A stretch of 64,000 nucleotides of DNA, from positions 65,092-129,091 of the forward strand of contig CAKSHC010000005.1 of NCBI GenBank assembly GCA_934456365.1, given 5' to 3'. The notes under the pieces are model-generated. The model saw nothing but the letters and a program-made list of their open reading frames with translations, made no database searches and had not been told where the DNA came from. Shown one piece after another: positions 1 through 10,192 of the stretch (positions within the stretch are counted from its first letter, which is position 1; every line of letters begins with the position of its first letter). A program made the position numbers and the translations under genes. Origin of the DNA: an uncultured Eubacteriales bacterium. Lineage in GTDB: Bacteria; Bacillota; Clostridia; Oscillospirales; UMGS1783.

Positions 1-111
1 ATATGCCAAGAAAGTACATAATGCGAGGCAAAGAAGAAAGGCTGCCGGGAGAGTGACGGTCTCAGAGCAAGCATGGAATGTGCTGCTTCCTAATTCCGTG
101 CCGCCGGCCTT

Positions 112-555
112 TTATTGCATGTCCCGCGCCATCTGCCCATAGGGAAGAGGGAGAAACCCCTTTCTCCCGTACAGGCGCACAGCCCCTTCGTTTTCCGGTT
201 CCACCTCAAGTCGGTAGCGTGCGGCAGGCCGATTTTGCGTTAGCCAGTCGAAAAAGAATCCGCCCAACCCCTTTCCGCGCGCCTGAGGGCGAAGATACAG
301 CTCTTCGATCCAAATCACGATTCCTCCGGCCTCCCGGCTGAAGCTTTTGGCCAAAAGCGCGTAGCCGCAGGCCTGCCCGTCCTGCTCCAGCAGAAACCCC
401 TCGGCATATTCGGCGCTGCGCATCAACTCGGCAAAGGTCGCCTGATGAAAGGCCTCCGGAATGCGGTGGAGAACGGCGTCGGACTCGTAAAATTCCCGGC
501 TCATCGCCAGAAAAAGCTCCTTGTCGGCAGGGGAGAGGGGGCGAACGGTCGGCAT
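112..555 (-). CDS. GNAT family N-acetyltransferase
   Basis: 147-aa ORF. The acetyl-CoA-binding stretch 'LYLRPQARGKGLGGFFF' (R/Q-x-x-G-x-G/A) is typical of the GNAT fold. ATG at 555. Confidence 0.8.
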   Translation of the reverse strand: MPTVRPLSPADKELFLAMSREFYESDAVLHRIPEAFHQATFAELMRSAEYAEGFLLEQDGQACGYALLAKSFSREAGGIVIWIEELYLRPQARGKGLGGFFFDWLTQNRPAARYRLEVEPENEGAVRLYGRKGFLPLPYGQMARDMQ

Positions 556-686
556 GATATGCGCTCCTTTTTTCTTTCAGAATAGCATAGTTTTTTTCTT
601 TCGTCAACTCTTCGGAAAGAGGGTGTGGACTTTTGAAAAAGCCTGTGCTATAATATTCAAACCGACTTTATCCCCAAGGAGATATC

Positions 687-2066
687 ATGCTGCGCGATTA
701 CATCGGAAACAAACGTTTTTATAAACGGATCATGGCTCTGGCCCTGCCTATCATGGTCCAAAACGGCATCACCCAGTTTGTCAATATGCTCGACAACGTC
801 ATGGTCGGTGCTGTCGGCACCATTCCCATGACCGGTGTCGCCGTGACCAATCAGCTCCTTTTCGTCTTCAATCTCTGTATCTTCGGTGCCGTTTCGGGGG
901 CCGGTATTTTCGGCGCACAGTTTTTCGGCAACAAGGATCGTGCGGGGGTGCGCCACACCTTCCGTTTCAAGCTCATTTTCTGCGCGATCCTGTGCGCCGT
1001 CGGAATCGCAGTGTTTGCGCTTGCTTGTGATCCGTTGGTTTCTCTTTACCTCAAAGGCGAGGGAGACCCGGCCGACGCGCTCGCCGCCCTCGGCTATGCC
1101 CGGGAATATCTTTGGGTGATGCTGATCGGCCTTTTGCCCTATACCGTCGCCCAGTGCTATTCCAGCACCATGCGCGAATGCGGCAAAAGTCTTGTGCCCA
1201 TGGTCTCCGGTGTGAGTGCCGTGGGTGTCAACCTCATCTTCAACTACATCCTCATCTTCGGTAAGCTCGGTGCCCCGGCCCTCGGCGTCAAGGGTGCCGC
1301 GATCGCCACGGTCCTTTCCCGCTTTGTCGAGCTGGGCATCCTCATCGTCTGGACCCGCCTGCATAAGGAGGACTATCCCTATTTCGTCGGCGCCTACCGC
1401 AGCCTGTATGTGCCGCCCCGTCTGGTCGGTCAGATCTTTGCCAAGGGCCTGCCTCTGATGTTCAACGAAACCCTCTGGGCCCTCGGTATGGCAACCCTAA
1501 ACCAATGCTATTCGCTGCGCGGGCTGGATGTGGTTGCCGCCAACAATATCTGCCAAACCTTCTCCAATGTCTTCATGGTCGTCTTTCAGGCAGTGGGCGT
1601 GGCCATCGGGATCCATCTGGGCCACCGCCTCGGTGCCGGCCAGATGCGCCGCGCCGCCGCCGACGCCCGCCGCCTTATCACCTTTTCGGTGATAGTGTCG
1701 GTCGTGGTATCCGTCCTTTTTGCCGTGAGCGCCCGGTGGATCCCGCTTATTTACAACACCACCCCCGAGGTGCGCGCCATGGCCTCCTCGCTGATGCGCA
1801 TCACCGCCGCCGTCTTTGTGTTCGACGCCTTTGCCAACGCCAGCTACTTCACCCTTCGCTCCGGCGGCCGCACCCTTGTCACCATCCTGTTTGACAGCTG
1901 CTTTACCTGGGTGATCTGCGTGCCGGTCGCCCTGATCCTGTCGCAGGGCACGGATCTCCCCATCTTGGGGCTTTATGCCGTCGTGCAGAGCCTGAACTTC
2001 ATCAAGTGTGTGCTGGGGTATATCATGGTCAAGCGCGGCTACTGGCTGCGCACCATCGTGCAGTAA
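687..2066 (+). CDS. MATE family efflux transporter
   Basis: 459 aa, about 12 predicted TM segments. The N-terminus 'ALALPIMVQNGITQFVNMLDNVMVG' is typical of MATE/NorM. AAGGAG RBS at 676-681. Confidence 0.85.
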   Translation: MLRDYIGNKRFYKRIMALALPIMVQNGITQFVNMLDNVMVGAVGTIPMTGVAVTNQLLFVFNLCIFGAVSGAGIFGAQFFGNKDRAGVRHTFRFKLIFCAILCAVGIAVFALACDPLVSLYLKGEGDPADALAALGYAREYLWVMLIGLLPYTVAQCYSSTMRECGKSLVPMVSGVSAVGVNLIFNYILIFGKLGAPALGVKGAAIATVLSRFVELGILIVWTRLHKEDYPYFVGAYRSLYVPPRLVGQIFAKGLPLMFNETLWALGMATLNQCYSLRGLDVVAANNICQTFSNVFMVVFQAVGVAIGIHLGHRLGAGQMRRAAADARRLITFSVIVSVVVSVLFAVSARWIPLIYNTTPEVRAMASSLMRITAAVFVFDAFANASYFTLRSGGRTLVTILFDSCFTWVICVPVALILSQGTDLPILGLYAVVQSLNFIKCVLGYIMVKRGYWLRTIVQ

Positions 2067-2079
2067 AGGAGGCTTTTTC

Positions 2080-3000
2080 ATGGGAATAACCTTTGCCCTT
2101 CCCTGGGAGATCCCGCTTCTCGAGTGGCTCCAGGCCAGCCTCGGCGAGATCGGCGTCTTCCTCGCCCGAGGAATCACCCTGCTTGGCGAGGAAGTGATCA
2201 TCATCGCTCTGCTCAGCTTTCTCTACTGGTGCTACGACAAAAAAATGGGGCGCTTTGTCGGAATCAATCTGACAGCCGCCATGATCGCCGGCTCGATGAT
2301 CAAAAACCTCGTTCTGCGCCGCCGCCCGTATTTCGATCATCCCAGCGTCCGGCCATATAAGAAGGCGGACGCTTCCGGCGACCTCTACGACATTACCGCC
2401 CAGGGCTATTCCTTCCCCAGTATGCACAGCCTCAATTCTACTGCGCTCTACGGCTCGATTCCGGTTTATCGGAAAAAGGGCTGGCTTTGGATCGTAGGGA
2501 TCGCGGTGCCGTTTCTGATCGGCCTGAGCCGCCTCCAGCTCGGCGTGCACTACCCGACCGACGTGCTCGTCGGCTGGGGCGTCGGCGCTCTGTTTGTCGC
2601 GCTGCTTTCCTTTGTGCAGAAAAAGGTGAACCGCCCGATCCTCTATGGAATTCTCACCGCGCTGGCGCTGATCGGCTGCTTTTTCTGCCACACCAGCGAT
2701 TATTACACCTGCCTCGGCACCATGATCGGCTTCTTTGCCGCCGATCTGTTTGAGGAAAGGTTTGTCCGCTTTCAGAATACCCGCACCGTCTGGATCGCCC
2801 TTTTGCGCGTCGCCGTCGGCTTCGGGATCTTCTTCGGGCTCAATGCGCTGTGCAAGCTGCCGTTTTCGCCCGAATTTCTCTCGTCGCCCACCGCCGGCGC
2901 TTTTGCCGTGCGCTGCGTGCGCTATGCCCTCACCGTGTTCGTACTGATGGGGGTTTATCCCCTCAGCTTCCGTCTGATCCCCGACAGAAAGGCCGTGTAA
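2080..3000 (+). CDS. PAP2 superfamily membrane phosphatase
   Basis: PAP2 motifs are present: 'LRRRPYF' (KX6RP), 'FPSMHS' (PSGH) and 'SRLQLGVHYPTD' (SRX5HX3D). The internal ATG at 2080 follows an AAGGAGG RBS at 2066-2072; the tracked ORF start at 2008 overlaps the upstream gene. Confidence 0.8.
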   Translation: MGITFALPWEIPLLEWLQASLGEIGVFLARGITLLGEEVIIIALLSFLYWCYDKKMGRFVGINLTAAMIAGSMIKNLVLRRRPYFDHPSVRPYKKADASGDLYDITAQGYSFPSMHSLNSTALYGSIPVYRKKGWLWIVGIAVPFLIGLSRLQLGVHYPTDVLVGWGVGALFVALLSFVQKKVNRPILYGILTALALIGCFFCHTSDYYTCLGTMIGFFAADLFEERFVRFQNTRTVWIALLRVAVGFGIFFGLNALCKLPFSPEFLSSPTAGAFAVRCVRYALTVFVLMGVYPLSFRLIPDRKAV

Positions 3001-3032
3001 TCTTGTCCAAGCTGCAAAACAAAGCCATCGAT

Positions 3033-4379
3033 ATGACCCGGGGCGGCATCGTCCGCAACCTGGCTTTGTTTTCATTGCCTCTGTTTGCCGGAAACCTCTT
3101 CCAGCAGCTTTATAACATGGTCGATACCTGGGTCATCGGTCAGACCGGTGTCCCGGCTGCCTATGCTGCCGTCGGCTCCATCGGTCCGATCATCAACATC
3201 CTCATCGGTTTTTTCCTGGGGCTGGCCACCGGCGCCGGCGTTATCATTTCCCAGTATTTCGGCGCGAAGGACGATGAAAACCTCCATCGCTCGGTGCGCA
3301 CCGCTCTCACGCTCACACTGCTTCTCTCGGTCTTCGTTGCGGTCGCCGGCGTCCTCGGCGCGCCGCTGATGCTGCGCCTGATGCTCGGCGGTGAAGAAAG
3401 CGAGGTCTTTGAGCACGCCAAAACCTACCTCACCATCTACTTCGCCGGCGTCGGCGGGCTGATGGTCTACAATATGGGCTCCGGCATCCTGCGCGCCGTG
3501 GGCGATTCCCGCCGCCCCTTCCTCTTCCTCGTCATCGCCGCTTTGGTCAACACGGCGCTCGACCTCGTCTTCGTTTTCGGCTTTCAGATGGGCGTGGCCG
3601 GGGTCGCGCTGGCCACCGTGATCGCCCAGTTCGTTTCCGCCGGGCTGACTCTGCTGGTCCTCCTGCGCGCCCCGTCGGCCATCCGCATCGGCTGGCGCGA
3701 CCTGAAGCTGGATCGCGAGGTGCTGGGCCGGATCGCCCGCGTGGGGCTTCCCAGCGCGCTGCAAATGTCGGTCACCAGCTTTTCCAATGTCTTCGTGCAG
3801 GGCTATATCGCCGGGGTCAACGGCGACCAGACCCTCGCCCTCGCCGCCTGGACCTCCTATTCCAAGATCGAACAGATCATCTTCCTGCCCATCCAGTCGG
3901 TCGGCGTGGCCGCCACCACCTTTGTCGGTCAGAATATCGGCGTCCGCGATTTCGACCGCGCCCGCCGCGGCACCCGCACCGCCTACCTCATGGCCACCTG
4001 CTCGGCCGCTCTGCTTATTGGTCTTGTCGAGTGGCAGGCGCCTCAGCTGGTGCGCCTCTTCCTCTCCGAGCCCTCGGTGGTCGATGCCTCGACCCGCCTT
4101 GTGCGCACCCTCGTGCCCTTCTATTTCTGCAGCTGCGTCAACCAGGTCTATAACGGAGCGCTCAAAGGCGCCGGCAACGCCCGCGCCCCCATGCTGATCA
4201 TGATCGGCTCCTTTGTGATTTTCCGCCAGATCTATCTGTTCGTGGTCTCCCGCTTTATCGCAAACGAGCTGCTCTATATGGGTCTGAGCTATCCCGCCGG
4301 CTGGCTTTTGTGCGCCACCGTCACCCTGATCTACTACCACCGCTATTCCTTCGAGCTCGCCTCCACCCAGCAAAGCTGA
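3033..4379 (+). CDS. MATE family efflux transporter (second copy)
   Basis: N-terminus 'MTRGGIVRNLALFSLPLFAGNLFQQLYNMVDTWVIGQ' is typical of MATE. The start is ATG 3033, or alternatively TTG 3004; the tracked start at 2850 lies inside the PAP2 gene. Confidence 0.85.
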   Translation: MTRGGIVRNLALFSLPLFAGNLFQQLYNMVDTWVIGQTGVPAAYAAVGSIGPIINILIGFFLGLATGAGVIISQYFGAKDDENLHRSVRTALTLTLLLSVFVAVAGVLGAPLMLRLMLGGEESEVFEHAKTYLTIYFAGVGGLMVYNMGSGILRAVGDSRRPFLFLVIAALVNTALDLVFVFGFQMGVAGVALATVIAQFVSAGLTLLVLLRAPSAIRIGWRDLKLDREVLGRIARVGLPSALQMSVTSFSNVFVQGYIAGVNGDQTLALAAWTSYSKIEQIIFLPIQSVGVAATTFVGQNIGVRDFDRARRGTRTAYLMATCSAALLIGLVEWQAPQLVRLFLSEPSVVDASTRLVRTLVPFYFCSCVNQVYNGALKGAGNARAPMLIMIGSFVIFRQIYLFVVSRFIANELLYMGLSYPAGWLLCATVTLIYYHRYSFELASTQQS

Positions 4380-4380
4380 A

Positions 4381-4416
4381 AGAAGGGCTTCTCCTCCGAG
4401 AAGCCCTTCTTTTTTA
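4381..4416. terminator. Bidirectional rho-independent terminator between the MATE gene and malQ
   Basis: Perfect 13-bp stem agaagggcttctc / gagaagcccttct with loop ctcc, flanked by an A/T run (tttttt). Confidence 0.8.
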
Positions 4417-5844
4417 TCGGTTGTAAAGCGTGTTCCATCGACGGAAAAGCGCCGTGTCGATCGAGGCGATCTGCTCGGCGGTAAAGCGCACCCGCCAGTT
4501 GCCTTCGGCCCGCCCCGGCGTGTTGAAGCGGGTGTCCGCTCCGTAGCCCAAAAGATCGGGCAGCGGCAGGATCAGAAGCCCCGCCGCGCTCATCCAGAGA
4601 GCGCGCAGGATCTCCCGGCAGTTTCGGCCCCAGTCGTCCGCGGGAAGACCGAGATACTCAAACACCCGCGCGCGCGTCCCCTCGTCCAGCTCCCAGAGAA
4701 AGCCCAGAAGGGTGTTGTTGTCGTGCGTGCCCGGATAGGCCGCCAGATGGGGCGTGTAGTTGTGCGGCAGATGCGGGTTTTTCGGATCGCCGTCAAACCC
4801 GAATTGAAACACAGCCATCCCCGGATACCCCGCCTCGCTCAGCAGGGAATCCACCTTTTCGTCGATCAGCCCCAGGTTTTCGGCCAAAACCGGCTTGCCG
4901 CCTCCGGCCTCGTCCAACATGCGGCAAAAGGCCATCCCCGGCCCGGTTTCCCAGTGCCCTTCCCGCGCCGTTTCGGCTCCCGCCGGCACGCTCCAATAAG
5001 CCGCCGCCGCGCGGAAGTGATCGATCCGCAGCGCGTCGTAAAGCGAAAAGGCATAGACCGCCCGCTCCCGCCAGTAGGAGTAGCCGTCGCGCTTCATGTG
5101 CGCCCAGTCGTAAAGCGGATTTCCCCAAAGCTGCCCGTCGGCCGAAAAATAATCCGGCGGCACCCCGGCCACCGCTTTGGGCCGCCCCTTGCGGTCAAGC
5201 TGAAACTGCGCCGGATCGCGCCAAACATCCGCGCTGTCGAGCGCCACATAAAAGGGGAGATCCCCCAAAATGCTCACCCCGGCGGCCTTTGCGTAGTCAT
5301 GCAGCGCCTCCCATTGCCGCGCAAACTCATACTGCATCCATTGCCAGGCAAAAAGCGCCGCTTCATCGGGCGTTTTCTCGGTCCATTCCCACCAGGGAAG
5401 CCCTCCGTTTTTCTCTTTGAGCGCCAGGAAAAGGCAGGTGTCGCCGATGCGCGGATTTTCCCGGATAAAACGCTCCACCGGCCCCCGGTCGGCCACCCGC
5501 CCGGCCGCCCGGCAAAGCAGAGCCAGCCGCTCGCGGTTCAAGCGATTGTATTCGCAGAGATAGGGCGATTCCTCCCGCGCGCTCTCCAGCTCCTCCCGGC
5601 TCAGAAGCCCTTCTTCAAAAAGAAGCTCCAGATCCAGATAAAAGGGATTGCCACCGAAGGACGAGGCGGAAAGATAGGGGGAATGATGCGCGTCCGGGAT
5701 CCCGACGGGCAGAATCTGCCAAACGGAAAACCCCGCGTCCCGGATCGCGTCGATCCAGGCGCGCGCAGCCTTTCCCAGGCTCCCGCAGGAAAATCCGCCC
5801 GGCAGCGAAAACAAAGGCAGCAAAACGCCGCTCGCTCGTTTCAT
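4414..5844 (-). CDS. malQ: 4-alpha-glucanotransferase (amylomaltase, GH77)
   Basis: N-terminus 'RASGVLLPLFSLPG..GSLGK' and 'LRIDHFR', 'GDLPFYV' are typical of MalQ. Likely start is the ATG giving 'MKRASGV' at 5844. Confidence 0.85.
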   Translation of the reverse strand: MKRASGVLLPLFSLPGGFSCGSLGKAARAWIDAIRDAGFSVWQILPVGIPDAHHSPYLSASSFGGNPFYLDLELLFEEGLLSREELESAREESPYLCEYNRLNRERLALLCRAAGRVADRGPVERFIRENPRIGDTCLFLALKEKNGGLPWWEWTEKTPDEAALFAWQWMQYEFARQWEALHDYAKAAGVSILGDLPFYVALDSADVWRDPAQFQLDRKGRPKAVAGVPPDYFSADGQLWGNPLYDWAHMKRDGYSYWRERAVYAFSLYDALRIDHFRAAAAYWSVPAGAETAREGHWETGPGMAFCRMLDEAGGGKPVLAENLGLIDEKVDSLLSEAGYPGMAVFQFGFDGDPKNPHLPHNYTPHLAAYPGTHDNNTLLGFLWELDEGTRARVFEYLGLPADDWGRNCREILRALWMSAAGLLILPLPDLLGYGADTRFNTPGRAEGNWRVRFTAEQIASIDTALFRRWNTLYNR

Positions 5845-5922
5845 GTCATCACCTCGCCTCCTATCATAGCCGATCCGCCCCAAAAAAACAAACCTTTTTT
5901 TATACAAGCTTTCAAAAAACTA

Positions 5923-5951
5923 TGGAAAAGGAAGGAAAGGTCTGCTATAAT
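5923..5951 (+). promoter_or_regulatory. Candidate sigma-A promoter of the glg operon
   Basis: TGGAAA, 17-nt spacer, extended -10 TGcTATAAT (5943-5951), located 32 nt upstream of the glgB GTG. Confidence 0.45.
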
Positions 5952-5982
5952 AAAAATAAGAAATCAGAGGCGGTGTTGCAAC

Positions 5983-7854
5983 GTGAAAACATCGTACCCC
6001 AAAGAGCTGCAAAAATTTTATCAGGGCGTGTGCGACCGGGCATACACCTTCCTCGGCGCGCATAAAACGGTAAGGAACGGCGTGTCCGGCGTCGTCTTCC
6101 GCGTCTGGGCTCCCTGCGCCCGCGCCGTGTTCGTCACCGGCGATTTCAACTTCTGGAACACCGGCGACCTCCCCCTGCAAAAAGACCCCGGCGGGGTCTG
6201 GGAGGGGTTTTCTCCCTATGCCCGCGAGGGCGATCGCTATAAGTTTTTCATCCATCGCCCGGATGGAACCACCGTCTATAAAAGCGATCCCTACGCCACC
6301 CGCGCCGGCACCCTGCCCGACACGGCCAGCGTCATCTGCGACCTCTCCGGCTTCTCCTGGCACGACCGCCGCTTCCGGGAGGACAAGCGCCGCCGCAGCG
6401 TGCTCGATCGCCCGGTCAATATCTACGAGCTCCACCTCGGCTCCTGGCGCACCCATGCCGACGGGTCGCCCCTTTCTTATGACGAGATCGCCGACCAGCT
6501 CATCCCCTATGTCCAGAAAATGGGATATACCCATATCGAGCTCATGCCCGTCACCGAATATCCCTATCCGCCCTCCTGGGGCTATCAGGTCACCGGCTAC
6601 TTCGCCCCCACCCATCGCTACGGCGAGCCAAAAAGCTTCATGCGCTTTATCGACCGCTGCCATGGCGCCGGCCTCTCGGTGATCCTCGATTGGGTCCCCG
6701 CCCATTTCCCCAAGGATGAAAACGGCCTCTATGAATTCGACGGGACCTGCTGCTACGAGCTCAGCGACCCCGAAATGAACGAGCATCCCGAGTGGAACAC
6801 CCGCATTTTCGACTACGGCCGCTTCGAGGTGCGCTCCTTTCTTCTGTCCAGCGCCCTCTTCTGGATCCGCGAGTATCATATCGACGGGCTGCGGGTCGAC
6901 GCCGTGGCCTCCATGCTCTATCTCGACTACGGCCGCACGCATTTCAAGCCCAACCGCTTCGGCGGAAGGGAAAACCTCGAGGCGATCGAATTTCTGCGCC
7001 TGCTCAACCGCGCCGCCTTCGCCGAGGAACCGGCCGTGCTCATGATCGCCGAGGAATCCACCGCTTTCCCCATGGTCACAAAACCCCCCGAGGCGGGCGG
7101 CCTCGGCTTCAATTTCAAGTGGAATATGGGCTGGATGAACGATATGCTCGCCTATATGTCCACCGATCCCCTCTTCCGCAAGGGCTGCCACAACCGGCTC
7201 ACCTTTTCCCTCACCTATGCCTTCTCGGAGAATTTCATTCTCCCCCTGTCCCACGACGAGGTGGTCCACGGCAAACGATCCATGATCGAAAAAATGCCCG
7301 GCGACTACGACCAGAAATTCGACCAGCTGCGCCTGTTTTACGCCTATATGATCGCCCACCCCGGCAAAAAGCTCACCTTTATGGGCAATGAATTCGCCCA
7401 GTTCATCGAGTGGGACTTCAAAAAACAGCTCGACTGGTTTTTGCTCGATTATGAAAAGCACGCCAAAATGCAGGAATTCGTCCGCCTTCTCAACCGGTTC
7501 TATCTCAAAAATCCCGCCTTCTGGGAAAACGAGCACGGCTGGGACGGCTTCTCCTGGATCAGCGCCGACGACCGGGATCAGAGCGTGATCGCCTTCCGGC
7601 GCATCGATTCCCAGGGCGGCGAGATCATCTGCCTCTTCAATTTCACCCCCATCCCCCGCGAGCACTACCGGATCGGCCTTCCCGCAAAGGGCGCCTACCG
7701 TCCCGTCTTCTCGTCAGACGAGGCTTCCTTCGGCGGAAAGGGAGACCCGCTCTATCTTGTAAAAGCGCAGGAAAGCCCGATGCACGGCCTGCCCTTTTCG
7801 GGCGAGTTTTCGCTGCCTGCGTCGTCCGCCATCTTTTACCGGATGCAAAAATAA
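5983..7854 (+). CDS. glgB: 1,4-alpha-glucan branching enzyme
   Basis: GH13 regions 'GLRVDAVASM' and 'EESTAFP', and N-terminus 'FLGAH...GVVFRVWAP'. In-frame GTG at 5983. The 420 codons upstream in the tracked ORF are antisense to malQ and are rejected. Confidence 0.9.
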   Translation: MKTSYPKELQKFYQGVCDRAYTFLGAHKTVRNGVSGVVFRVWAPCARAVFVTGDFNFWNTGDLPLQKDPGGVWEGFSPYAREGDRYKFFIHRPDGTTVYKSDPYATRAGTLPDTASVICDLSGFSWHDRRFREDKRRRSVLDRPVNIYELHLGSWRTHADGSPLSYDEIADQLIPYVQKMGYTHIELMPVTEYPYPPSWGYQVTGYFAPTHRYGEPKSFMRFIDRCHGAGLSVILDWVPAHFPKDENGLYEFDGTCCYELSDPEMNEHPEWNTRIFDYGRFEVRSFLLSSALFWIREYHIDGLRVDAVASMLYLDYGRTHFKPNRFGGRENLEAIEFLRLLNRAAFAEEPAVLMIAEESTAFPMVTKPPEAGGLGFNFKWNMGWMNDMLAYMSTDPLFRKGCHNRLTFSLTYAFSENFILPLSHDEVVHGKRSMIEKMPGDYDQKFDQLRLFYAYMIAHPGKKLTFMGNEFAQFIEWDFKKQLDWFLLDYEKHAKMQEFVRLLNRFYLKNPAFWENEHGWDGFSWISADDRDQSVIAFRRIDSQGGEIICLFNFTPIPREHYRIGLPAKGAYRPVFSSDEASFGGKGDPLYLVKAQESPMHGLPFSGEFSLPASSAIFYRMQK

Positions 7855-7878
7855 ATCGCCCTGTAAGGAGGAAATGTA

Positions 7879-9069
7879 GTGGTTTTTCAGAAAAAAGACT
7901 GCGTCGCCATGATCCTGGCGGGCGGGCAGGGAAGCCGCCTGCTCGTGCTGACCGAAAACACAGCCAAACCGGCCGTGCCCTTCGGCGGAAAATACCGTTT
8001 GATCGATTTTCCCCTTTCCAATTGCGTCAACTCCGGCATCGACACGGTGGGAATCCTCACCCAGTATCAACCCCTCCAGCTCAATGAGTACATCGGCAAC
8101 GGCCAGCCCTGGGGCCTCAACAGCTCCCGCGGCGGCATCCACGTGCTCTCTCCCTACTCCAAAAGCGCCAGCTCGGAATGGTATAAGGGCACGGCCAACG
8201 CCATCTACCAGAATATCTCCTTCATTGAGCGCTACCACCCCAAAAACGTCCTCATCCTCTCGGGCGACCATATCTATAAAATGAACTACGCCCTCATGAT
8301 GGCCGAGCACGAGAAAAATCAGGCCGACTGCACCATCGCCGTCCTCGACGTTTCCCTCGAGGAAGCCTCCCGCTTCGGCATCATGAACGCCCACCCCGAC
8401 GGGCGCATCTTCGAGTTTGAGGAAAAGCCCAAAAATCCCAAAAGCACCAAGGCCTCGATGGGCATCTATATCTTCCGCTGGGAGGTTTTGAAAAAATACC
8501 TCATCGCCGACAACGACGATCCCAAATCCAGCAACGACTTCGGGAAAAACGTCATCCCCCGCATGCTCGAGGACGGGCATAAGCTCTATGCCTACTCCTT
8601 CCGCGGCTACTGGAAGGATGTCGGCACCATCGACAGCCTCTGGGAATCCAATATGGATATCCTCGGCCGCGAGCCCAAGCTGAATCTCGACGATCCCGAA
8701 AACCGTATCTACGCCCGCAACTACGCCCACCCCTCCAGCTTCATCGCCAAGGGCGCCGAGGTGGTCAATTCCTATGTGGCGGAAGGCAGCGCCGTCTACG
8801 GCAAGGTCGTCAACAGCATCATCTCCACCGGCTGCACCATCGAGAAAGACGCCGAGATCCACGATAGCTTCGTCATGCCCGGCGCCTCCATCGGCCGGCG
8901 CTCGATCGTGCGCTATGCCATCATCGGGGAAGACGCCACCGTCCACGACAACGCCCGCATCGGCGATTCCCCCGAATTCTACGATAAGCATAAATGGGGC
9001 ATCGCCGTCGTCGGCAAGGATAAGGTGGTCGAACAGAACAAGATCCTTCTCCCCAAGGAAATCTACTAA
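7879..9069 (+). CDS. glgC: Glucose-1-phosphate adenylyltransferase, catalytic subunit
   Basis: '[14 protein letters not shown]...[16 protein letters not shown]' is the ADP-Glc pyrophosphorylase signature. GTG start after a GGAGG RBS. Confidence 0.9.
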   Translation: MVFQKKDCVAMILAGGQGSRLLVLTENTAKPAVPFGGKYRLIDFPLSNCVNSGIDTVGILTQYQPLQLNEYIGNGQPWGLNSSRGGIHVLSPYSKSASSEWYKGTANAIYQNISFIERYHPKNVLILSGDHIYKMNYALMMAEHEKNQADCTIAVLDVSLEEASRFGIMNAHPDGRIFEFEEKPKNPKSTKASMGIYIFRWEVLKKYLIADNDDPKSSNDFGKNVIPRMLEDGHKLYAYSFRGYWKDVGTIDSLWESNMDILGREPKLNLDDPENRIYARNYAHPSSFIAKGAEVVNSYVAEGSAVYGKVVNSIISTGCTIEKDAEIHDSFVMPGASIGRRSIVRYAIIGEDATVHDNARIGDSPEFYDKHKWGIAVVGKDKVVEQNKILLPKEIY

Positions 9070-9082
9070 GGAGGGCACCGAA

Positions 9083-10192
9083 ATGAAAGCGATGGGCGTG
9101 ATCTTTTCCAATATCTACGACAGCAGTCTCGGCGAGCTGACCAACCACCGCACGGTCGCCTCCCTTCCCTTCGGCGGCCGCTACCGGCAGATCGATTTTA
9201 TTCTCTCCAGCATGTCCAATTCCGGGATTTACAACATCGGAATCATCACAAAATATAACTACCGCTCCCTGATGGACCATCTCGGCAACTGCTCCGATTG
9301 GGACCTCAACCGCAAAAACGAGGGCGTGGTCATCCTGCCGCCGTTTGCCAGCGGCAATATGGGCGTCTATAAGGGCAAGCTCGAAGCCCTCTATTCCGCC
9401 GTGCGCTTTATCGATAACCCCAACTACGACGTCGTGGTCGTCAGCGATTCCACCGTCTTGTGCAACATCGATTTCCGCCCCGCCATCGAGCAGCATATCC
9501 AGTCCGGCGCCGACGTCACGGTCGTGGCCAACCGCCAGGCCGATGGCCGCCGCCATCCGCTGGTGCTCGAAGCCCAGAAAGACGGTAAGGTCCGCTCGCT
9601 CCGCCTCGATTCGGCCGCCGACGAGGGCTCGCTCGTCGGTATGGGCATGTTCATCTTCACCCGCCGCAAGCTTGTCGACGCCATCAACGATTCCTATTCC
9701 CGCGGCCTCGTGCATCTGGAGAGGGATTATATCCAGCGCCAGTTCAACGATAAGCAGCTCCGGGTCTTCGCCTATCCCTTCGAGGGTGTCGTTTTGCGCA
9801 ATGAGGATACCCGCAGCTACTACGCCAACAGCCTCGCCCTCCTGAAAAAAGAGGTGCGCGACGGGCTGTTCTGCAGCGAGCGCCCGGTCTATACCAAAGT
9901 GCGCGACGAAATCCCCACCTACTACGGAGAGGGGAGCGAGGTCCAGGATTGCCTGATTGCCGACGGCTGCCGCGTCTTCGGCCATGTGGAAAACAGCGTC
10001 ATCTTCCGCGACGTCAGCATCGCCGCCGGCGCCGAGATTAAATCCTGCATCGTCATGCAGGGCACGGTGATCGGGAAAAACGCCCGCCTCGAATGCGTGA
10101 TTCTGGATAAAAACGTAACCGTGTCCGACGGAGCCGTCCTCAAGGGCACCCCGCAGCATGCCGTGATTGTCAAAAAAGGAGAACTGGTATGA
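9083..10192 (+). CDS. glgD: Glucose-1-phosphate adenylyltransferase, GlgD subunit
   Basis: 'MGVIFSNIYDSSLGELTNHRTVASLPFGGRYRQIDF' is a GlgC paralog lacking the GGxGxRL motif, as in Firmicutes GlgD. ATG 9083 follows a GGAGGG RBS. Confidence 0.85.
   Translation: MKAMGVIFSNIYDSSLGELTNHRTVASLPFGGRYRQIDFILSSMSNSGIYNIGIITKYNYRSLMDHLGNCSDWDLNRKNEGVVILPPFASGNMGVYKGKLEALYSAVRFIDNPNYDVVVVSDSTVLCNIDFRPAIEQHIQSGADVTVVANRQADGRRHPLVLEAQKDGKVRSLRLDSAADEGSLVGMGMFIFTRRKLVDAINDSYSRGLVHLERDYIQRQFNDKQLRVFAYPFEGVVLRNEDTRSYYANSLALLKKEVRDGLFCSERPVYTKVRDEIPTYYGEGSEVQDCLIADGCRVFGHVENSVIFRDVSIAAGAEIKSCIVMQGTVIGKNARLECVILDKNVTVSDGAVLKGTPQHAVIVKKGELV

Noticed and set aside
1-111. A possible partial gene or terminator at the left edge of the window.
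   Set aside because: Too short to assess. There is no open frame with recognisable motifs and no convincing hairpin.
4723-5982. A 420-codon N-terminal extension of the glgB ORF (tracked ORF 4723-7854).
   Set aside because: The extension is antisense to malQ, is Arg/Pro-rich nonsense, and crosses the malQ-glgB intergenic promoter. The branching-enzyme homology begins at the in-frame GTG at 5983.
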